Below, piece by piece: positions 58,012 through 64,000 of a stretch of DNA of 64,000 bases. The translations under genes and the position numbers were made by a program. The DNA lies in contig CAWECG010000001.1 of NCBI GenBank assembly GCA_963807605.1, positions 96,001 through 160,000 on the forward strand, in the 5' to 3' direction. Origin of the DNA: Candidatus Bathyarchaeota archaeon (GTDB lineage: Archaea; Thermoproteota; Bathyarchaeia; 40CM-2-53-6; RBG-13-38-9). The first letter of the stretch is position 1, and every line of letters starts with the position of its first letter. Under the pieces are notes generated by a model, which did no database searches, had not been told where the DNA came from, and saw nothing but the letters and a program-made list of their open reading frames with translations.

Positions 58012-58869
58012 TTGAGTAGCCCCATTGGAATGCTCTATGATCAGCTGAGGCCAGAGGAACGCCTACTCATTGATGCCGCTAGAAGAAAATCTGTACGACT
58101 TCAACTTCACGACTCTGAACAAACATATCTGGACTTACTTGAAACTGAGCGCAAAGAACCGTTCGAGGAAGTAGTCCTCCAACGATGTGTCAGCTACTTT
58201 CGCAGCGTACACCTCTCAGCAGCTCTCGAAGGTAGGAACATCGCTGTCATAAATTCTTCTAGAATCGCCTCAACCTGCGGCAATAAACTCTTGGCAACAA
58301 TTGAACTTGCAAAGGCAAAGATTCCCACTCCCCGAACAGCAATCGCATTTACTATCGAGTCTGCACTCAGGGCTCTTGATGAGATTGGATACCCGGCAGT
58401 CCTCAAACCGGTGGTCGGTAGTTGGGGCAGACTTGTAGCTCCGCTCAAAGATGTCGACTCGGCAAGAGCGATACTTGAGGATCGCGACAATATGTTTCCA
58501 CTCTATCAGGTCTACTATATCCAGGAAATGATCCAGCGACCACCGAGAGACATAAGATGTTTTGTGATAGGCGACTCTGTGGTAGCAGGAATATACAGAT
58601 ATGCGCCTGAAGGCGAATGGCGAACTAATACTGCACGGGGCGGACATGTTGAGTCATGCAAAGTCACTCCTGAGATGGAGGAGCTAGCGTTGAGGACGGC
58701 AAATGTTTTCGGGGATGGCATCTATGGTGTTGACATGATGGAAAGTAAAAACGGTTTGAAGATACATGAGGTGAACTATACGACTGAGTTTAGAAATAGC
58801 GTTCCAGCGACGGGCATCGACATCCCCGGCTTGATTCTTGATTTTGCTGCCGGAAAGAGGAGGAAGTAG
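58012..58869 (+). CDS. lysX: Alpha-aminoadipate-LysW ligase LysX
   Basis: ATP-grasp motifs with YYIQE, GIYR, WRTNTARG and EFRNS. Confidence 0.88.
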   Translation: MSSPIGMLYDQLRPEERLLIDAARRKSVRLQLHDSEQTYLDLLETERKEPFEEVVLQRCVSYFRSVHLSAALEGRNIAVINSSRIASTCGNKLLATIELAKAKIPTPRTAIAFTIESALRALDEIGYPAVLKPVVGSWGRLVAPLKDVDSARAILEDRDNMFPLYQVYYIQEMIQRPPRDIRCFVIGDSVVAGIYRYAPEGEWRTNTARGGHVESCKVTPEMEELALRTANVFGDGIYGVDMMESKNGLKIHEVNYTTEFRNSVPATGIDIPGLILDFAAGKRRK

Positions 58870-58871
58870 TT

Positions 58872-59924
58872 TCGAAGATTTCAATAGTGGGTGGTTCAGG
58901 ATACGCCGGAGGCGAACTCATACGCGAGTTGCTTTTCCATCCAAAAGTCGAGATATCGACGGTCGTCTCAAGGACTTTCGTCGACGAGTACGTATTTCGA
59001 GTTCATCCAAACCTTCGCGGGTATACAGAACTGAAATTCTCACCTTTGAACCTCTCGAACATAACCTCTAATTCGGACCTAGTCTTCACGGCAATTCCAC
59101 ACGGAACCTCAGCAGAACTGGTGCCGAAGTTACTCGAGGCCGGTGTGAAAGTAATCGATCTGGGCGCAGACTTCCGGCTGAAGGATCCTGCAGATTATCC
59201 GAAATGGTATGGGTGGTCACATCCACATCCAGAGCTTCTAAAAGAGGCTGTCTATGGTCTTCCTGAATTCCACAGGGAGGAAATCAGAAAGGCGAAACTT
59301 GTTGCCTGCGCAGGATGTATGTCGACAGCAACAATTCTTGCACTCGCACCACCGATCAAAGAACAGGTCATCGATCCTGAAAGAATAGTCGTAGATGCCA
59401 AGATTGGCTCCTCAGGGGCCGGCAACGCGCTTACGAAGGCATCTCACCATCCCGAACGCGCTAATAGCGTAAGACCCTACAAGGTAGTTGGCCACAGACA
59501 CATTCCAGAGATGGAGCAGGAACTTTCGCTACTAACTAATACAAAACCAAGAATATCCTTCTCCCCCCACGCAATCCCGATGATCCGGGGTATCCTGACA
59601 ACCATCCACACTTTCCCCACTAAGAACCTGACACTTCCGGATGTCTGGAAGATGTACCGATCGATGTATGGCCAAGAACCCTTCATACGACTTGTAAAGG
59701 ACAGAAAAGGCCTCCACCAGCTTCCTGACCCTAAAGTCACGACAGGCTCAAACTTCTGTGACATCGGATTCGAAATCGACACTCATCTGAATAGAATGAT
59801 CATTTTCAGCGCGATAGATAATCTGGTCAAAGGGGCTTCAGGCCAAGCCGTTCAGTGCTTGAATATAATGCTCGGAATCGATGAGAAGACTGGCATCCCA
59901 GGCCCGACCATTTACCCCGTGTGA
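58872..59924 (+). CDS. lysY: LysW-aminoadipyl/glutamyl-phosphate reductase (LysY/ArgC)
   Basis: KISIVGGSGYAGGEL, IDLGADFRL, AGC, GSSGAG and DNLVKGASGQA motifs; no canonical start codon upstream of the first beta-strand. Confidence 0.92.
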   Translation, partial: SKISIVGGSGYAGGELIRELLFHPKVEISTVVSRTFVDEYVFRVHPNLRGYTELKFSPLNLSNITSNSDLVFTAIPHGTSAELVPKLLEAGVKVIDLGADFRLKDPADYPKWYGWSHPHPELLKEAVYGLPEFHREEIRKAKLVACAGCMSTATILALAPPIKEQVIDPERIVVDAKIGSSGAGNALTKASHHPERANSVRPYKVVGHRHIPEMEQELSLLTNTKPRISFSPHAIPMIRGILTTIHTFPTKNLTLPDVWKMYRSMYGQEPFIRLVKDRKGLHQLPDPKVTTGSNFCDIGFEIDTHLNRMIIFSAIDNLVKGASGQAVQCLNIMLGIDEKTGIPGPTIYPV

Positions 59925-59930
59925 TGATGA

Positions 59931-60737
59931 ATGCTTCTAGTCGTCAAGCTCGGAGGAAGTACCCTTGAAGAGGGTGTCTCGGAAGAGTTTGTTCAAGATG
60001 TCAAGAAGGTAACTGGAAACCACAAGTTGGTAATCGTGCACGGTGGAGGCGCTAAGGTAACAGAGATAGCGACGAAACTGGGAAAAGAACAGAAATTCGT
60101 CGTCTCACCAGAAGGTTTCAGAAGCAGATACACGGACCGTGAGACTGTTGAAATCTACACGATGGTTATGGCTGGAAAGATAAACAAAGATATGGTCATA
60201 GCGCTCCAACGTCACAGCGTCAACGCCGTCGGCCTCTCAGGTTTGGATGGGTCTTTAGCAAAGGCTGAGCGTAAGAAACAACTCATAATTGTTGACGAGA
60301 GAGGTAGAAAGAGGATCATTGAAGGAGGCTACACAGGCAAGATAAGCAAGATCAATCCTGGTCTCATTAATCTTCTTGTTGAGAATGGCTACACACCTGT
60401 AATCGCTCCAGTTGCTATTGGATCAGAGGGCGAACCGCTAAATATCGACGGAGACCGCATGGCTGCAAACATCGCAGGCGCGCTCAAGGCTGACATGCTA
60501 ATCCTGCTAACCGATGTCAAAGGCGTCGAGTTGGATGGTAAGCTAGTGCCAAAGATGGACCTTCTAGAAGCCAAAGACGCACTTCCACGCATAGGGCACG
60601 GAATGATAACGAAGATCTACGCTGCCATAGAGGCCATTGAGAATGGCGTGAGAAAGGTCGCGATATCGCCAGGTCTTGAGCCATCCTCAATCTCGCTGTC
60701 TATTGAGAACAAATGTGGTACTGTGATAGAACGATGA
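59931..60737 (+). CDS. lysZ: LysW-aminoadipate/glutamate kinase (LysZ/ArgB)
   Basis: VKLGGS, VHGGG, SPEGFRSRYTD, NIDGDR and GMITK motifs. Confidence 0.93.
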   Translation: MLLVVKLGGSTLEEGVSEEFVQDVKKVTGNHKLVIVHGGGAKVTEIATKLGKEQKFVVSPEGFRSRYTDRETVEIYTMVMAGKINKDMVIALQRHSVNAVGLSGLDGSLAKAERKKQLIIVDERGRKRIIEGGYTGKISKINPGLINLLVENGYTPVIAPVAIGSEGEPLNIDGDRMAANIAGALKADMLILLTDVKGVELDGKLVPKMDLLEAKDALPRIGHGMITKIYAAIEAIENGVRKVAISPGLEPSSISLSIENKCGTVIER

Positions 60738-61933
60738 ATGAGCAGGAAATAATTGACGTCGAAAAGGTCCACATGGCAAATGTCTATGCCAAGAAGAACC
60801 TCGTAATAGTCAGGGGTCAAGGGGCCAAGCTATGGGACGTCAACAACAGAGAATACATAGACTGCATGGGCAGCTACGGCGTCTCAATCGTTGGCCATTG
60901 CCATCCCAAAGTAGTTGAAGCAGTAAAAAAGCAATCTGAGACACTCATTTCATGTCACAGCTCATTATACAACGATTCAAGATCACAATTCCTTGAAAGG
61001 CTAGTTCAGATCACCCCAAAAGGTCTCGACAAAGCATACCTCTCGAACAGCGGTGCCGAAGCTGTAGAATGTGCCATCAAGCTGGCAAGAAAGTATTCCG
61101 GGAAGAAAGAGGTGATAGCAATGATGGGCGCCTATCATGGAAAAACGATGGGAGCACTTTCAGCCACATGGGATAAGAAATACCGTGAGCCCTTTCTACC
61201 ATTAGTTCCCGGCTTCAAGCACGTACCCTACGGAAATTCAACAAAGCTCAAAGGAGCTCTTACCGAGGAGACTGCAGCTGTAATGGTTGAGCCGATACAG
61301 GGCGAAGGAGGAGTGCGAATCCCCCCTGATGGTTACCTAAAAGAGGTTAGAGAGATCTGCGACGAGAAAGGAATCCTTATGGTGGCAGATGAAGTTCAGA
61401 CTGGCTTCGGCCGGACTGGGAAGGTCTTTGCATGCGAACATTCGAAAATCACTCCAGACATAATGTGTCTTGCAAAAGCCGTCGCCGGAGGTCTCCCTCT
61501 TGGAATAACACTCGCAACACAGGAAATCATGTCGTCACTTAGGGTAGGCGAACACTCGACAACCTTTGGTGGCAACCCACTTGTTTGCGCTGCGGCGAGA
61601 GCAGCTATCGACGTACTCATCGATGAAAGGCTTCCTGAGAGAGCCGCTGAACTCGGAGCCTACTTCATTGAGAAGCTGAAGAAGCTGCAGGCCGAACATA
61701 ATACGTTACGCGAAGTCAGAGGACTGGGCCTGATGATAGGTATCGAATCCAGATTCGATGTCTTTAATCTATTGCAGAATTTAATGTCCAGAGGAGTGAT
61801 CGCCTTGGACGCTGGAAGAAACATAGTCCGTTTTCTTCCACCATTGGTGATTTTAAGAGAACAACTTGACAAGGTAGCCGAATCCATGGATGCAGCCTTA
61901 GTGGGGGAAGAGGAAAATAGAGCACGAGGTTGA
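60734..61933 (+). CDS. lysJ: LysW-semialdehyde aminotransferase (LysJ/ArgD)
   Basis: [30 protein letters not shown] and TTFGGNP motifs. Confidence 0.93.
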   Translation: MNEQEIIDVEKVHMANVYAKKNLVIVRGQGAKLWDVNNREYIDCMGSYGVSIVGHCHPKVVEAVKKQSETLISCHSSLYNDSRSQFLERLVQITPKGLDKAYLSNSGAEAVECAIKLARKYSGKKEVIAMMGAYHGKTMGALSATWDKKYREPFLPLVPGFKHVPYGNSTKLKGALTEETAAVMVEPIQGEGGVRIPPDGYLKEVREICDEKGILMVADEVQTGFGRTGKVFACEHSKITPDIMCLAKAVAGGLPLGITLATQEIMSSLRVGEHSTTFGGNPLVCAAARAAIDVLIDERLPERAAELGAYFIEKLKKLQAEHNTLREVRGLGLMIGIESRFDVFNLLQNLMSRGVIALDAGRNIVRFLPPLVILREQLDKVAESMDAALVGEEENRARG

Positions 61934-61934
61934 A

Positions 61935-63023
61935 GTGCTGGTCGAGATGCTCCGACGGTATAGTCCCAGCGGAGAAGAAAGAAATCTCGCAGAGTATCTC
62001 AGAAAGGAACTGGAAGGGAACAATTTCAACGTGCACCTAGATGATGCTGGAAATGTGATAGGCACACGAGGTAAGGGCCCTCCAACGCTGCTACTGTGTG
62101 GGCATATGGATACAGTTCCCGGAAAGCTGGAGGTTAGAGTCGAAGGAGACGTTATTTACGGGAGAGGCGCCGTCGACGCAAAAGCCCCGCTTGCGAGTAT
62201 GATCGTGGGTGCATCCAAGAGTGCTGAACAGATGGGCAAGATAATAGTGGCTTGTGCTGTGGACGAGGAAGGGCAAGGAAAGGGAATAAGGCAACTGATT
62301 AACGACGATGTTCAAGCAGACTATGCAATATTTGGAGAACCGAGCAGATCGTGGAATGTTACCATCGGCTACAAAGGAAGCCTACACCTATTGTTAGAAT
62401 GCACCGGTGAGACTGGCCATTCATCAGCACCTTGGCTCTTCGACAACGCGATCGAGAAGACCTACAAATTTTGGGAAGCGATGAAGGGGTATCGCTTCGA
62501 AGAGGAGAAGGCCGAAAGCCGCTTCTACTCAGTGACTTGGTGCTTGACCAGATTGAATGGGGGAGGCTCCTCGAGTGTGATTCCGTCACGATGCGAGGCA
62601 GAGATAGATATTCGCACTCCTCCACAAATCCCACCTGAGGTCGTATTAAGCAGGCTTGAGGGACTCCTCGAGGAATTCAGCAAGACCAACCCAAAGACGA
62701 AACTGAAGTTGAACTCTATGGGTACCGTTCAAGCATACGAGTCTGACTCCAGATCTCTACTCGTCAGGGCCCTAACCTACGCCATCAGAAAGATCTTTCA
62801 ACAATCACCAACACTTCTGAGGAAGACGGGCACGGGCGATATGAATGAACTGGGATCTACATTGAAGATACCGATGGTATCGTACGGACCCGGTGACTCA
62901 CATCTTGACCACACATCCGACGAGCATATCTCGATATCAGAGTACCTATCGAGCATCAAGGTCTACCAAGAAGCCATTTCCAGACTATTCGACCTACATA
63001 GATCCCGAGAACGAGGTGACTGA
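61935..63023 (+). CDS. lysK: LysW-lysine/ornithine hydrolase (LysK/ArgE)
   Basis: [32 protein letters not shown] and [10 protein letters not shown] motifs. Confidence 0.92.
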   Translation: MLVEMLRRYSPSGEERNLAEYLRKELEGNNFNVHLDDAGNVIGTRGKGPPTLLLCGHMDTVPGKLEVRVEGDVIYGRGAVDAKAPLASMIVGASKSAEQMGKIIVACAVDEEGQGKGIRQLINDDVQADYAIFGEPSRSWNVTIGYKGSLHLLLECTGETGHSSAPWLFDNAIEKTYKFWEAMKGYRFEEEKAESRFYSVTWCLTRLNGGGSSSVIPSRCEAEIDIRTPPQIPPEVVLSRLEGLLEEFSKTNPKTKLKLNSMGTVQAYESDSRSLLVRALTYAIRKIFQQSPTLLRKTGTGDMNELGSTLKIPMVSYGPGDSHLDHTSDEHISISEYLSSIKVYQEAISRLFDLHRSRERGD

Positions 63024-64000
63024 GCTGAGCAGCAGAAAGATCACTCACGATGTTCTACTTCTCGATACAACCTTGAGGGAAGGAGAACAGACTCCGGGAG
63101 TCACTTTCACAATAGAAGAGAAACTCGAAATAGCCAAGAAACTGGACGAAATAGGCATCGATATGATCGAGGCTGGAGACCCCAATGTCTCAAGCGATGT
63201 CAAGGAAGCCATCCGAAGGATTGCGAAGGAGGGGCTGAAAGCCGAGATACTTGCTCACTGCAGGGCCTTGATCCCCGACGTAGAGAACGCTGCCTCATGC
63301 GAGGTCGATAGAATCGCAATATTCCTAGGTACTTCAAAGTCTCACCTCCAATACAAGCTGAAGAAAGATGAAGACAAGGCGATCGAATTAGTCTCAAAGG
63401 CGATAGAACATGCCAAGGACCAAGGATTGAAGGTCAGGTTCACTGCTGAGGACGCATCGAGGACTGACCGCGGTTTTCTTTTGAGAATCTGCAGGGAAGC
63501 ACAGGATACTGGGGCAGATAGGATAAGCATCCCCGACACAGTTGGAATAATGATGCCAGATGCTGTCCGTGAACTATTTCAGGATCTCAGTCATGAACTC
63601 AAAGCCCAACTGGACACACATTGCCACAACGACCTCGGCCTTGCTACCGCCAATACCTTGGCAGGACTTGAGGGAGGGGCTACCGCAGCTCATGTCACTA
63701 TCAACGGCCTAGGGGAGAGGAGCGGAATAGCGCCACTTAGCGAAGTCGCGGTTGCCCTGAAAGTGCATTATGGAATCGAGACTGTTAAGCTCGAATCTCT
63801 ACCTGCATTATCGCTTTTGATTGAACGGTTTAGCGGTATTGTCCCCGCGCCAAACACGCCTATAATTGGAGAGAACGCCTTCACCCACAAGGCAGGCATT
63901 CATGTCGCAGGTGTCTTGGCTAATCCGTCAACTTACGAGGGTTTTCCGCCAGACTTGATCGGTAGACAAAGGGACATAATCATAGACAAGTATACGGGGA
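63016..64000 (+). CDS. Homocitrate synthase / isopropylmalate synthase family protein, 3'-truncated by window edge
   Basis: LDTTLREGEQTPG, EDASR, PDTVG, HCHNDLG, NGLGERSG and HKAGIH motifs; start is GTG 63016 or CTG 63025; lys operon context. Confidence 0.9.
   Translation, partial: MTELSSRKITHDVLLLDTTLREGEQTPGVTFTIEEKLEIAKKLDEIGIDMIEAGDPNVSSDVKEAIRRIAKEGLKAEILAHCRALIPDVENAASCEVDRIAIFLGTSKSHLQYKLKKDEDKAIELVSKAIEHAKDQGLKVRFTAEDASRTDRGFLLRICREAQDTGADRISIPDTVGIMMPDAVRELFQDLSHELKAQLDTHCHNDLGLATANTLAGLEGGATAAHVTINGLGERSGIAPLSEVAVALKVHYGIETVKLESLPALSLLIERFSGIVPAPNTPIIGENAFTHKAGIHVAGVLANPSTYEGFPPDLIGRQRDIIIDKYTG

Noticed and set aside
102-63539. Many short ORF-track entries antisense to or overlapping well-supported genes (e.g. 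49269-49964, 51933-52607, 19912-20466)
   Set aside because: Shadow ORFs with no recognisable motifs, explained by the genes on the opposite strand or frame.

Overview
64-kb chromosomal segment of an archaeon of the TACK/Thermoproteota type. Bathyarchaeia-like affinity is an inference from gene content. Most of it is housekeeping: pcm, trm5, grpE-dnaK-dnaJ, htrA, hflX, coaBC and an archaeosortase; the rpoD-L18e-L13-S9-rpoN-eno-S2-MEMO-mvk-fni-hmgA operon running into ether-lipid genes (DGGGPS, GGGPS, DUF2070, egsA); KEOPS (kae1, bud32) and aIF2-gamma; the PIN-rpoE1-spt4-DPCK and L7Ae-S28e-L24e-ndk-infB-S6e-S24e-S27ae clusters; and two LysW-dependent lysine/arginine operons. There are two complete IS elements: a non-autonomous IS605/IS1341-type tnpB element with a rearranged RuvC site, and an IS5-family element with an 8-bp TSD. 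An ~11.4-kb accessory island splits the normally adjacent aIF2-gamma and PIN genes. It carries extra TBP/Alba/SSB-like genes, helically phased repeats and eight copies of a recombination-site-like repeat. The main finding is a 37-nt insertion (52014-52050) inside the G1 P-loop of the aIF5B/infB gene. It folds into a canonical bulge-helix-bulge, and its predicted tRNA-endonuclease cut sites restore GHVDHGKT exactly, making it a candidate EndA-spliced mRNA intron in a gene other than cbf5. Single-base lesions in bud32, ndk and the argC start codon may be assembly errors. No tRNA, rRNA or CRISPR array was seen.
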